A program made the position numbers and the translations under genes. From NCBI GenBank assembly GCA_002269645.1, contig NIVC01000811.1, forward strand, positions 124,001 through 188,000: a DNA stretch of 64,000 nucleotides, read 5' to 3'. The notes under the pieces are model-generated. The model worked only from the letters and a program-made list of their open reading frames with translations. It searched no databases and was not told the DNA's origin. Every line of letters begins with the position of its first letter. Positions within the stretch are counted from its first letter, which is position 1. This DNA is from Macrostomum lignano (lineage: Eukaryota). This document shows positions 40,401 to 51,700 of this stretch, in pieces.

Positions 40401-41658
40401 TGAGGGACAGAGATAAGGGAGTGAGGGACAGAGTTAAGGGAGTGAGGGACAGAGATAAAGGAGAGAGGAAGAGAGATAAGGGAGTGAGGGAGAGAGATAA
40501 GGGAGTAAGGGAGAGAGATAAGGGAGTGAGGGACAGAGATAAAGGAGAGAGGAAGAGAGATAAGGGATTGAAGGAGAGAGATAAGGGAGTGAGGAAGAGA
40601 GGTAAGTGAGCGAGGGAGTGATATCAGAGAAGATAGGAAAAGCTTATAGCTAGTATGAAATCAATAAATAAAGTCAGAAAAAAGTTCAACGCAGACAGTT
40701 GCAGCATTGCAAAACTTCTAGAAAATACCACGCAGGGTTCAGTTCGTATAGGCGTGAAAATTATCACTGCAACAGCTGCTAGAATCATGGCTTGGTGGGT
40801 GCGGGTTTGTTTACCTCTGCCAAACTTCCGAAGTCCTTCTTGATCGAAGCTACATCGCTGACGCAACCGGATTTTCTCAGTAGATTCCTTCATCGCGACC
40901 TGTTGCGCAACCGCTATTATTATTAACACCGCGCCTTGAACGTGACTTGTTGGGGACGCCTGTAGCGTCTGAGGTTGCTATGGTTACACCCTTATGGACA
41001 TGAACCAGATTCTCCATCTAAAGGGTTATAAAAAGGAAGCGAATTCTTGCCAAATGATGTTAAAAATTTATCTGAAAGTATAAAAAAAATGTTTGTGTCA
41101 TGAAGTATGATTATTACTCAGACATATGAGAGTGACAGTTCATGAGGGTGACAGCTCATGAAAATGACAGTTCATGAGAGTGACAGTTCATAAGAGTGTC
41201 AGTTCACAAGAGTGACAGTTCACGAGAATGACAGTTCATAAGAGTGACAGTTCATGAGAGCGACAGTTCACGAGAGTGACAGTTCAGGAGAGTGACGGCT
41301 CATAAGAGTGACAGTTCACGAGAGTGACAGTTCACGAGAGTGACAGTTCACGAGAGTGACAGTTCACGAGAGTGACAGTTCACGAGAGTGACAGTTCACG
41401 AGAGTGACAGTTCACGAGAGTGACATTTCACGAGAGTGACAGTTCACGAGAGTGACAGTTCACGAGAGTGACAGTTCACGAGAGTGACAGTTCACGAGAG
41501 TGACAGTTCATGAGAGTGACAGTTCACGAGAGTGACAGTTCACGAGAGTGATAGTTCATGAGAGTGAAATTTTATTAAATTCCCTGCAGGCCGAAGCTCT
41601 GGACCGAGTCATACAGCTGGCCTTGAAGACCGAACTGAATGCCAGCCAGACAGCCTGA
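26995..41658 (+). CDS. DNAI4: Dynein axonemal intermediate chain 4 (WDR78), WD40 protein; start exon not located
   Basis: Exons: 26995-27250, 27581-27955, 28555-28843, 29383-29484 (weaker), 30987-31093, 31173-31275, 31477-31640, 32019-32260, 32705-32995, 35272-35488, 36281-36378, 36743-36821, 39210-39287, 41590-41658 (TGA). Phases consistent. Signatures: SETDTIWLLD, GNDKYV, LFIIERAVVQN, GLVCCWSVKN, DALISRQASG, GTEDGNLHKCSCSYNEQYLESYFGH, DVFISCAADW, LLVGDAQG. Confidence 0.93.
27350..27471. promoter_or_regulatory. Cluster of three RFX X-box-like motifs in the DNAI4 5' intron
   Basis: GTGTCCTTGGCAAC (27350-27363), GCTTCCTTGGCAAC (27429-27442 and 27458-27471); they resemble the GTNNCC-N-RGYAAC X-box typical of ciliary genes. 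Confidence 0.35.
28157..28432. repeat. (GTTA)n microsatellite
   Basis: Direct observation. Confidence 0.95.
28985..29260. repeat. Degenerate G/T-rich repeat (GGTTTTATGGGG / GGTATTGTGGGG)
   Basis: Direct observation. Confidence 0.8.
30335..30860. repeat. Compound repeat: 26-bp unit (CAGCCCCTCGCTTAGAATCAGTCCAA) nested in a longer ~60-bp unit
   Basis: Direct observation. Confidence 0.85.
31730..31960. repeat. Degenerate tandem repeat (GATCCCACCGATTCCCAATGAGGATTTTTCTCCCATCC...)
   Basis: About 4 imperfect units. Confidence 0.75.
32270..32695. repeat. 27-bp minisatellite (ACCTCACTCCGCCAAGCATTAACACCC)
   Basis: Fills the DNAI4 intron 32261-32704. Confidence 0.92.
33005..35222. repeat. 15-bp minisatellite (TTCGGGACTAAAGGA), split by a solo LTR
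   Basis: Blocks 33005-33418 and 34601-35222. Confidence 0.93.
33419..34600. mobile_element. Solo LTR, 1182 bp
   Basis: Begins TGTGATAA and ends CACACTACA (TG...CA); flanked by a 4-bp direct repeat GGAC (33415-33418, 34601-34604); interrupts the 15-bp array; no coding motifs recognised. Confidence 0.75.
35560..36060. repeat. Degenerate GATCTGG / GATTGATGACATCATGG compound repeat
   Basis: Direct observation. Confidence 0.85.
37035..37420. repeat. GGGATCATTCTGATGGGAT-type tandem repeat
   Basis: Direct observation. Confidence 0.85.
37640..38100. repeat. 21-bp minisatellite (TTACATGATCCTTTTGGTCTG)
   Basis: Direct observation. Confidence 0.9.
39312..40600. repeat. 21-bp purine-rich minisatellite (AGAGATAAGGGAGTGAGGGAS), ~60 copies
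   Basis: Explains the RDKGVRE ORF; the real exon in that ORF is only 39210-39287. Confidence 0.95.
41125..41565. repeat. 16-bp minisatellite (TGACAGTTCACGAGAG)
   Basis: Ends ~25 nt before the last DNAI4 acceptor. Confidence 0.93.
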
Positions 41659-41854
41659 TCCCAGCTGGAGTTTGTTCCCAACTTCAGCAAAACTGTGCTC
41701 CGCAGACTCTGACTGTCAAAGCTTATTAAATTTGAATTTGATATCAAAAACTTTTATTATTGCAGTTTCTACTCTTGCAGTGCCTCTTTTATTTAGTTTT
41801 ACAAAATAATGATTTTGCTTGCTTAAAATTTAATAATCTTTGTTGAGTTTTGGA

Positions 41855-41860
41855 AATAAA
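41855..41860 (+). terminator. Candidate DNAI4 polyadenylation signal AATAAA
   Basis: About 200 nt after the stop, followed by a T-rich tract. Confidence 0.4.
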
Positions 41861-42896
41861 AATTTTTGTTGGTTGCTACTAATAGTAATAATATTCTGTT
41901 TTTTTAATTTATTTGAAAATACAAAGTAGGTTCAAATAGATGTCAGACAATGGAAAATATGTTGAATATTCTGTCAGAGACAGGAAAATGAGTTTTGTAT
42001 TTTGAAACAATTCAAAGTATTTTGAAGGTCTCGATGATTGCTTCTAATTGCTTCTCCAAACCAATTACGCTCTGAGCAATACCCCCTGACTGAATTCTGC
42101 AGCTGAGCAATACCCATTGACTCAATTCTGCCGCTGAGCAATACCCATTGACTCAATTCTGCCGCTGAGCAATACCCATTGACATAATTCTGCCGCTGAG
42201 CAATACCCCCTCTTGACTCAATTCTGCACCTGAAAAAAGTACATTAGCATTTAGATATTTTATCATGAAATTCAGTACTAAGACAGGCAGCTAAAAGCCA
42301 GTCTGCTAGTTATTAGCCATCGAATATCTAACTTAAAAGGCAGGAATTGGCAATTTAAAAGTCATGCATGAATCGATTCTGCAGACGATGTCGCAGCTAA
42401 GAGCTACCACCCGTAACCATCTGGCTTTGGGACGATTGCAGCCTCCTTAAAACGATGGAAAAAAGGCAATTTACTGCATCCGCAGCAGCTGGCAAAAAAC
42501 CCACTAGAGTAAAAAAGTTTTCAGAACTCAAGACGAAATCCTTCGCTGCTAAGTTCCCTCCCACAGCAGGTAACCTTGACAACTGAAACAAACACATTGC
42601 AAGAAGCCCGATGGGTGTGGAACATCTGTCTCTTTTGCCTTCCTACGACGAGTTCACGATCAAAAAGTGTCTAAAACTTTTGTCACAGACAATTACAGTT
42701 CTGTTTCAAGCATGAACTTCGCTGCCTTAACAGCGATACTGCTAGTTGAGGCCTTCTGCAGCCGCAACGGCTTTCAAGGCAAGTTGCTTGATCGATTTTG
42801 CATTAGTTATCCATGGCACTCCCGTTTTTTTTTTCTACCGCATCCAATACTGGCCATGCCTTATGTATGGAGTCTGCACACTGATTAGCCTGCGTA

Positions 42897-43195
42897 GCGT
42901 GACTCCCGCTGCTCAACTCTGTCTCGACGCCTCCACCGAAAGTCTCGTCGCTTTCGCGACCCTCGGTGCCGCTCCGTGCGTCCGACCGGCGATGTTCGAA
43001 GCGGTGAACCTCCTGCCAGCTCGGCCGGACACTCTGGCTCTCCTGTTGTCCGACGATGGCACTCGGCTCTGTTCCTGACGGCCGGCAACGGCTCGAGACT
43101 CGACGCGACTTCGCTGACATCGGCGGCACAGCTGACTGCGGCCAGCTTTCGGACTCGACTGTCCGGAGCAGACGGCGGTGTCAGCTTTGAGAGCA
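42897..43195 (+). pseudogene. Truncated, frameshifted third copy of the AbfB-like exon
   Basis: Highly similar to ~47322-47612; indel near 43057-43070; ends at SFES where the 30-bp array begins. Confidence 0.85.
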
Positions 43196-43274
43196 GAGGA
43201 GATCAGACACAATGGTAGAGTGGTCTTATAGATCAGACACAGTGTTTATAGTGGCCTTATAGATCAGACACAGT

Positions 43275-45238
43275 GTTCATAGACACACTCACGCTCCGTG
43301 GAAGTCCAGAAAGGCGGACCGCAAGGTGTGGAGTCCTCAGCCCGATCCTCTGGAACTTAGTCATGGACGAGCTGCTTTGCAGCCCGCATCCGGACCCTGT
43401 TCAGAAGGTCGGCTATGCGGACGATGTTACCGCCACTGTGGCTGGACCATCGCCCGCGGTCCTCAGGGACCTCCTTCAAGCCTTCATCCACCGTGCCGAG
43501 CGCTGGGCACATAGCTGCGGTCTCAGGTTCTCTGAGTCTAAAACCGTGGCTATCATGTTCACCAGCCGCCGAAACTGGAGGATCGAACCGCTCTCCCTCT
43601 ACGGCAAACCTGTTGCCATGAAGAAACAAACTAGATGTCTGGGCGTCACCCTCGACCACAGGTTGAGCTGGACCCCGCACGTCCAAACTAAAGCCCGCAA
43701 AGCTCTCGCGACTCTCGCGCAGATCCGCAGAGCTTTCGGTGCTACCTGGGGCCTCACCCCCGCCGCCTCTGGTGGATTTACACTGCCATTGTTAGACCGG
43801 CCATCTCCTTCGCCGGCTTCATTTGGAACAGTGCCCTAGAGGTGAAAGGGGTTCTTGAGGTTTTAAATAGGGTGCAAGGCCGCGCTTGTCGAGCTATCAT
43901 GAGCGCGGCTCCCTCAACGCCCTTCGATGGCATGAACTCCTTCTTGGACATTCCCCCCCTCGACCTCTTTGTTAGAGGGGAGGCTATGAAAACCACCCGT
44001 CGTCTGCTTGACGCGGGTGTCCAAATCCAGAAGCAGTTTGCCTTCAGAAAGCGGAACCTCCGGCCGCACGGCGACCTCAGCCTGCGAGACCTGGAAGCAG
44101 CGAGAGGCCTGCTGACCCTCTCGGACGGAATCCCGTCCACGCTCTGCCCCCCGCTCAAATTCAAAACCAGCATTCCACCACGTCATGAAGCAAGAGACAA
44201 CTGGAAACCCCATAAAATCCACTGCTTCACTGACGGGTCCCAAATCAACTCCGCCTCTGGATACGGCTACTGCATCGTGTCTGGAGGGAGAACTGTGGCG
44301 ACCTTCTCCCAACACACCGGCACCTGCTCCACCGTCTTCCAGAACGAAGTTCTCGCCATCAGCTCCTGCGCCATGGAACTGTACAATCAGCGCGTCTGGG
44401 GGAAGGAAATTACCCTCCACTCGGACAGTCAAGCGGCGATTCACGCCCTTGAGCGCACCACCACCTGCTCGCGTACAGTCCTCGACTGCATCGGGCAGCT
44501 CAACCGCTTAGGCGCCTCCAACAAGGTGTCCCTAAGGTGGATCCCCGGGCATTCGGGCCACCCCGGCAACGAGCTGGCCGATCGCCTGGCCAAGGCTGGC
44601 TCGACCGGTTCTTTTACTGGTCCCCTGCCCGTGGCCCCCACCCCCATCGCCGTTGTCACCACTCGGATCAACCAGTGGGTGGCTTCTAAGCACAGGGAGA
44701 GGTGGGCTAACGCCCCCGACTGCCGGCAATCCCGCGCGGCTGTCCCCTGTCCCTCCCCCGCCCTACGCAGGGCCCTGCTTGTACTCAACCGCAGGGACAT
44801 CAGGGCGGTTACCATGGCCCTCTCGGGTCATGGCTGCTTTGCCAGGCATCGTTACCTCCAGGAGAAAATCCGCAGTGAGGAATGCCCTTTCTGCCTCTCC
44901 GGTGTCGAGAATGCGGAGCACTTCATCTGTGAATGCCCCGCATTTACTCAGGACAGGCTCACCTACCTCGGCCCAAACCCGGACCTCTCCGACGTTTTCA
45001 GGCCCGAGAATCTCTGCCAGCTCGTCCGCTACCTAAGGGCTACCGGGCGAGCGACAATCCACCTCCTGGACTCTCCGGAGGGGACCGCGCTGCGGACGCC
45101 GGCGCCACCGGAACTCCCTGCGCGACACCGCAGCACTAGCTGCCCGTGGTCGCCAGGGGTTAGCGAAATGGGCGGCAACGCCTCCTCGCTGTTTCCGGAC
45201 GCACGGAGCCCCCTGCAGCTGAGTCAAGTAAGTCAAAG
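43275..45238 (+). mobile_element. 5'-truncated non-LTR retrotransposon (RT + RNase H + Cys/His motif; I/R1/Loa-like)
   Basis: GPQG/GVLSPILWN, GYADDV (YADD 43414-43425), LGVTLD..LSW, RNase [42 protein letters not shown], then [14 protein letters not shown]; two frameshifts (~43325, ~43760); AAGT-like 3' end; inserted in the 30-bp array. Confidence 0.9.
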
Positions 45239-45239
45239 A

Positions 45240-45822
45240 GGCCTTATAGATCAGACAAAATGGTAGAGTGGTCTTATAGATCAGACACAGTGTTTATAGT
45301 GGCCTTATAGATCCGAAACAGTGTTAGAGTGGTCTTATAGATCAGACACAATGGTAAAGTAGCCTTATAGATCAGACACAATGGTAGAGTGGTCTTATAG
45401 ATCAGACACAGTGTTTATAGTGGCCTTATAGATCCGAAACAGTGTTAGAGTGGTCTTATAGATCAGACACAATGGTAAAGTAGCCTTATAGATCAGACAC
45501 AATGGTAGAGAGGCCTTATAGATCAGACACAATGGTAGAGTGGTCTTATAGATCAGACACAGTGTTTATAATGGCCTTATAGATCCGAAACAGTGTTAGA
45601 GTGGTCGAACAATGCTAGAATGGCCTTATAGATCAGACACAATGGTAGAGAGGCCTTATAGATAAGACACAATGATGGAGAGGCCTTATAGATCAGACAC
45701 AATGGTAAAGTGGTCTTATAGATCAGACACAATGGTAGAGAGGCCTTATAGATCAGATACAATGGTGGAGAGGCCTTATAGATCAGACACAATGGTCAAG
45801 TGGCCTTATAGATCAGATACAG
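45240..45822. repeat. 30-bp minisatellite (GATCAGACACAATGGTAGAGTGGCCTTATA); also at 43200-43275
   Basis: Reverse complement of the array at 56722-58088. Confidence 0.93.
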
Positions 45823-46059
45823 CTAGCCGTTAAGATCTGAATAATTTAGGTGAACATTAACGGGGCAAGTGAAGGCTCATTCACATGTGGCTGGGCAAAT
45901 TGCTTCAAGCCAATCAGGCTCCAGGTAGAGACCTGTATATGCTGATGATCTGTGACTCCGCAGACAACTTGTCTGCTCGTTTCTTTCTCCATCTTCTTGG
46001 GTTCGAAACTGCTGCTCAAGATTGTCACTGCATTGCTTTGCAACACCGAGGACAAAACG

Positions 46060-48764
46060 ATGAGGCCTCTCGCCCTCTTGATGGCTCTTTCGGCTGCAAT
46101 TCAGCTTCCAGACTTTTGTTCAGGTGAGACTGTTGCCTGTCTTTTTGGGTTTATTGCAATCAACGGAACTGCGTATCGAAGTTACAAGTAGTCACCCAGA
46201 CCTAATCAGCACCTTACCACTCTGTAGCATAGACCCACTCCCTCAGGCATAAGTAATCACTCAGACCTAATCAGCACCTTGCCACTCTGTAGCATAAGAC
46301 CCACTCCCTCAGGCATAGGTAATCACTCAGACCTAATCAGCACCTTGCCACTCTGTGGCATAGACCCACTCCCTCAGGCATAGGTAATCACTCAGACCTA
46401 ATCAGCACCTTGCCACTCTGTAGCATAGACCCACTCCCTCAGGCATAGGTAATCACTCAGACCTAATCAGCACCTTACCACTCTGTAGCATAGACCTCAG
46501 ATACACTAAGTTAAGACTACCTAAGCTATCAAGCAGCTTTACCACTCTGACACGAACCCCAGTCTAACACTAATTGGTAGTCACACAGCCTCTTCTTTAC
46601 TAAAGAAGAAACAAGGGCTATAATGGCCTTGAATTCGTTATATTATTCTCCACTGCTCATTACTCAACAACCTTACGTCAGAAGGCAACCAGTCTGCCAA
46701 CAATGAACTGCATGCGCTTGGAATTTAGCGTAGTTGCCCAGAAGGAAAGATATTTCTATTGAATTGATCAGCCATCTCTGTGTACCGTGCAATCCATCAG
46801 AAAAATTGCTAGTCATGCTGGCTGCATCAAATGAATAGGGGGGGGGGGGCTGCTCTGCTCGAAACGACAATCGGCCTCTAGTTTTTAATTCAAAGAAAAT
46901 CGCTGCGATTGTTGTTGCTGCTTTGCTACGTGCCTATGACCCTGCCGAGCCCCCCGCGGAGGAACCGGGCCCCCATCTTCCTTGCTCGGTTCCAGGCGAA
47001 TTTTTTTGTATGCCAGTGCCTAAAAAAGTTCGCCAGATTTTTGTATTTTGGTTGCATTTGTAGAAATTGAGCTAGCTAACTGCAGTGCATACGACAGCCC
47101 TGACTTTCCTATCACCATAAGTCATACATTCCCTCTGTGCAGATGGGGGTGCATCGCACGCCAAGCGAAAGGCCCATTCACACACTTTTACAAGCACCAG
47201 TCTATCGTAAAATTTTCACAAATAGATTAGCATAATAATTTACTCTGACTGCAAGCCCATCACCTTGGAATGCAGGTCTACCGCTGTGTCCCAATGAGCA
47301 GCTCAGTCTCGCTGCTCAGCTGACTCCCGCTGCTCAACTCTGTCTCGACGCCTCCACCGAAAGCCTCGTCGCTTCCGCGACCCTCGGTGCCGCTCCGTGC
47401 GTCCGACCGGCGATGTTCGAAGCGGTGAACCTCCTGCCAGCTCGGCCGGACACTCTGGCTCTCCTGTTGTCCGACGGCGCTCCGACTCTGTTCCTGACGG
47501 CCGGCAACGGCTCGAGACTCGACGCGACTCCGCTCACATCGGCGGCACAGCTGACTGCGGCCAGCTTTCGGACTCGACTGTCCGGAGCAGACGGCGGTGT
47601 CAGCTTTGAGAGCGTCCTGCGGCCGGGGATTTTCGTCGGACTTTTGTCGCCGAACTCCACTGAGGCAGGCGGGTCGGCTGTGGGACTGACAGCGGCCGAG
47701 CTGAGCTTCACCGTGAACTGCAGCACTGGTGAGTCGGCTGAGGACCTCCTCTGTGGAGCTGTGAGCTGTCATTGTTGTTTAACTTTCTGAAAGCTCTGCT
47801 TTTTCAGCCGCTTCGTCCCTGCGGTCTCGCGGCCAGCCGGCCCGCTTCTCCACCATCAACTACGCCGGGCTGTACGCGTCCTCCCTGGTGGACGGAAACC
47901 ACAATGGAAGATGGAGCTCCGGCTCGTGCGCTGAGACCTCCGCTTCCGACCCGACGCCCTGGTTCATGATCGACCTGCTGCGCGACTTCCTCATCGACCG
48001 AGTGGACGTGTACAACCGTCAGGACTGCTGCTACACTCGGTTCCGACAGGTGACTCTCGGTGTGGGATCGGATCCGCAGTCGTGGGTCACCTGGTCGCCG
48101 AGCCAGTTCGCACAGGTGAATTACTACGCTGGTCCGGCGATTCTGAGTCCTCAGGTAGTACCGTTTTCGGACATCCTGCTGGTTGGACGGTTCATCGTGC
48201 TGCAGAAGAACGTCACGGGTCTGGCTTCCAATCAGCTGATCATGAACCTGTGCGAGGTCGAGGTCTTCGGCTGGGACGTCTGTGAGTGCTTTGCGTATGG
48301 ATTTTTTCGCATAGATTAGAGCTTGCTTAGCAATCATTTGTCGCCACTTGCAGTTCCACTCGTGTCGGAGGGCATGCCGACCGCCGCCAGTTCTGCAGTC
48401 AGCACTGAGTTGTCAGTCGATGCCAAACTCAGCAACTGCTTCAACTCGCCGATCGCAACATCCAATGACTCCACCGCGTGGCTTCTCGTGGACTTTCTGC
48501 GTCCGGTGCAGTTGCACGAAGCCTCAGTCATTCTGGCTGTTCAGGCAGCGTCCAATGCTGAAACCAGTTTGCAGTTTTACGGAGTGCAAGACGCATCGTC
48601 CAACGGCACTGCTCTGGCAAACGTGTCATTTAGAGGCAACAAAGTTGGCCAAGTTCAACAGCGAGTGCATCTCAAGGACCGGACTGGTCAGATGGTTCGG
48701 ATGACCATTGACGGGACGTCGCAGCTGTCCATCTGCGAGATTCAGGTGTTCGCAGCTTCAGTTG
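46060..48764 (+). CDS. Secreted lectin-like protein copy A: signal peptide - AbfB-like beta-trefoil - F-type lectin (FTP/F5-8C) - divergent FTP; 3' part appears disrupted
   Basis: Exons 46060-46123 (MRPLALLMALSAAIQLPDFCS), 47276-47728 (AASFRTRLSGADGGVSFESVLRPGIF), 47808-48281 (LVDG..SC..PWFMIDL..NRQDCCYTR..GRFIVL..LCEVEVFG), 48354-48764 (WLLVDF..ICEIQVF); all phase 1, GT-AG. Confidence 0.78.
46199..46495. repeat. ~64-bp tandem repeat in lectin intron 1, ~4.5 copies (vs ~10 copies at 55730-56358)
   Basis: Unit GACCTAATCAGCACCTTGCCACTCTGTAGCATAGACCCACTCCCTCAGGCATAGGTAATCACTCA. Confidence 0.9.
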
Positions 48765-48989
48765 GTGAGGATTAGTTTTTAGTGACTCTCTATCTTCACT
48801 ATGATCTTCCCGACTCAGTTCGGTAACCAGAGCCAATTCGCTTGATGTAACGCCATCGAGGGATTGTACTGGTAAATGCTTCCAGTTGGTCATCTTTCTC
48901 CAGTGTCTAATAAACTAACAATGTGTTTGTATTCTCAAAGGCTTCAGACTGCGCTTCTGTCCTCTTTCTGCCCAACAAAAGGCTCGCTT

Positions 48990-49185
48990 TCTGTTGCAGC
49001 TACTTATGTCTATGGTTCAAGCCAGACCCTAGACGTCGAATTAGAAATCATATAGACAACTAACCATTGCAGCTACTTATGTCTATGGTTCAAGCCAGAC
49101 CCTAGACGTCGAATTAGAAATCATATAGACAACTAACCATTGCAGCTACTTATGTCTATGGTTCAAGCCAGACCCTAGACGTCTA
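48990..49185. repeat. ~72-bp tandem repeat, ~2.7 copies
   Basis: TTGCAGCTACTTATGTCTATGGTTCAAGCCAGACCCTAGACGTC... repeated. Confidence 0.85.
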
Positions 49186-49473
49186 ATTTTAGACATGCAT
49201 TGTCCAGAAGACACAGCCTGGCGTAATGACAAACTCAACTGGCCATTATTTCAGCTTTAACAGACGTTTGAACCATAGACGATTAGTTAAAGTATTCATA
49301 TATTAACTGGCATAAGGGAATAATGTTCACAGTAATGATAATCATAACAATAGTAATATTTGTGAGAAGAAAAATGATAGTCAAAACTATTTAGCCACAA
49401 AACTATTTAGCAGAAAACGCGCCTAACACAAAAACAACATAGTAGTCGTAGTCTGTTCATCAGAAGTTGCTCA

Positions 49474-49734
49474 TTAAAAATGAAATGTGCAATCCTTGAA
49501 GTGGCAATTCTCGAAAAACCGAACTGGCAACGACTGGATTTCCACGGCGTCAAGGTTGACTCCATCTTCGGCGGGAGGCAGCTCCGGCAAGTCTTCGAGC
49601 CACTTGATAAATGAACTCAATTCTACATCCTGTTGATGCTCCTTTGCACTTAGCTCGGATAGTAGTTCTAACTCATATCTAGATACTCCGTTAAGGCTGT
49701 CCACGGGAAGATGCGACCAATTGATAAGCGCCAT
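49474..49734 (-). mobile_element. Possible Crypton-type (tyrosine recombinase) C-terminal relic; related piece at ~48790-48893
   Basis: HLPVDSLNGVSRYE...FENCHFKDCTFHF* and HLPVQSLDGVTSSE resemble the GHRSxxGVRxY...FxNCTFxF tail of Crypton/DUF3504 proteins; recognition by eye only. Confidence 0.3.
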
Positions 49735-50859
49735 AGCCGAAAAAAGAAAAGACAGCTCTGTTAATCCTCGATCTCGACTATCTCTACTTCTCGTCAGCTC
49801 AAGCCTATCATCAGCTTATTCATTTATAGTCTATGGCCCAACAGCTTTTTTATTTATAGTCTATGGCCCAACCACCGCCCTCCTTACGCAGTCGCACGCA
49901 CGCAGACTCTTACCCTGAAATAATGACCGCTTCCGGCACGCTGAAATAATGGCCAGGCTGTGTCTTATAGACAATGACGTTGCGTAGTAGGTAAGGGGCT
50001 GAAATAATGGCCTTAGACACTCGTGCGCGGGCAATCTACCATTGCCACATATGTAGCTCGTAGCAATGCATGATTGTCACACGCTTCGTGAGTGGCTTGA
50101 TCAATAGGACAATAATATTGTCTATATGATTTCTTCCATAGACAATGCTCGAAGCCACTCGTGGCAATTCGTACATTGCCTATATCAGAAATCATTTAGA
50201 CAACTAACCATTGCTAGGGTTTTCTATGCTCGTATAGATAACAGATTTTGCAAAGAATTGCTGTTTTACACAGTGCTAATGGGGTTATGCCATAGAAAAA
50301 TGCACTAAAGTGATGGGAACATGGATGAAGGATTCCTTCCTTCATCCATGGATGGGAACAGCTGAAATTTCTTCGATGTTCGACTTCGTTGACTTTTAAC
50401 GCTTTGAACAAAGCCCTAATATTAACAAGACAAATAAAGAGGAAATAGCCAGAGCTGAGGCTACGGAGCAGACCCACGTTGGCTGCCAATTCATTTGTTT
50501 CTTTGTTGGAAAAAGACACAACAGTTTTGTATTCATTACTTTATTGCTGCCTAGTGCCTGATCACAATGCATGGAAAAGGCCAGCTCATTGGAGTGCAAC
50601 AAGTTTTCATTTGGTGCCTGCGTGATTTGTAAGGAAGGCTGCTTGCGTGCGGGAGATAATACTATTCATATATGAAAGTGTTTTGACGGTCATCAGCAAC
50701 CTTAGTTAACAAAATTCACAAACAGCACACCTGTCGCCTGTGGATTCCCGGGCCAGTATATACGCTCGTAATTCTACTTTGAACAGTACTTTTCCCTACG
50801 CGACTTTTCTGGTTGATGGGAAATATGAGTATGACAGCAGTGGCTCTATTGCAAAGCCG

Positions 50860-51330
50860 TGAGACGTCCTGCTGAGCGACTTCCTCGTTGACCGAGTTTA
50901 CGTGTGGATCCGATTATCAGGGGTGGCTGGAAAAGTTGCTGAGCCAGTTCACGCTGGTGAACTGCTCTGCTGGTCCGGCGGCTGCTGCTGGAAGTCCGAA
51001 AACTTTTACACACATCAGGCGTGTTGGACGTTTCGTCATGCTGCAGAAGAATGCCACTGGTCTCGCTTCTGAGCAGCTCGTCATGAGCCTGAACGAACTT
51101 GAAGTGTTCGGTTGAGACGTCTGTAAGTTCGAGTTTATTGTTACCTTGAGCCTGGAGATGATGCTTCCTGTGCAGCTGCACGAAGTGTTTCTCACCGCGA
51201 CCGTTCTGGACGTCATCAAAACGGAGATCACCTTCGATTTACCCATCATTGGAGACGAATGGACTGACGAAATCAAAATCACGAAATTCTACAGAACCGG
51301 AGATCATGACCGAGTGCGCGCGGGTACCTG
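50860..51330 (+). pseudogene. Older decayed FTP-domain exon remnants
   Basis: LLSDFLVDRV...VGRFVMLQKNATGLASEQLVMSLNELEVFG* (TGG to TGA relative to the intact copies) and PVQLHEV; internal deletions. Confidence 0.8.
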
Positions 51331-51439
51331 AGTGACTGGACGGGCGGGTCGTTGCAGCTGACCATTTCCGGCATGTTTTTACACCAAAAAGAGCAGCAAC
51401 TTTATCAAGAAACGTTTGCTTCAACTTGATCATCTGCTT

Positions 51440-51700
51440 CACTCCCAGCTCCGATTCTGTGCGGCGGCGGCGGCGAGGCCTTCGAGCTCTGGGAGGCCAA
51501 GCCGAACACATCCAGCGGCACCCGCCGACTTCTGCACTGCACCGATCCGCTGCCGCAGCCGGCAGCTCAGTCCCGGTTGCCATGGCTACGCCGAACGCGT
51601 TAGCAACCGACTGGCTGCCCCTGAGGCTGCTGCAGCGGCCGGCTCTGAGCCCGGCTGGCGCGGCCGCCTTCGGCAGGCGGTCGGCGGAGTGTACAGCGGC
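51440..51700 (+). pseudogene. Frameshifted, truncated copy of the second AbfB exon
   Basis: Matches ~53104-52875 in reverse; 5-nt net indel after LLH; cut off by a 14-bp CAGTCAATTTGTGA array (51700-51870). Confidence 0.8.

Noticed and set aside
39134-40609. 491-aa RDKGVRE repeat ORF as a real repeat protein
   Set aside because: Only 39210-39287 is a DNAI4 exon, read in a different frame; the rest is an intronic 21-bp minisatellite.
46199-46495. CRISPR-like appearance of the 64-bp, 42-bp, 45-bp and 30-bp arrays
   Set aside because: Head-to-tail repeats with no unique spacers, eukaryotic context, and no cas genes.
51576-51590. X-box-like GTTGCCATGGCTAC (mirrored at ~52972-52985)
   Set aside because: Falls inside lectin exon coding sequence (PVAMAT), so more simply explained by codons.
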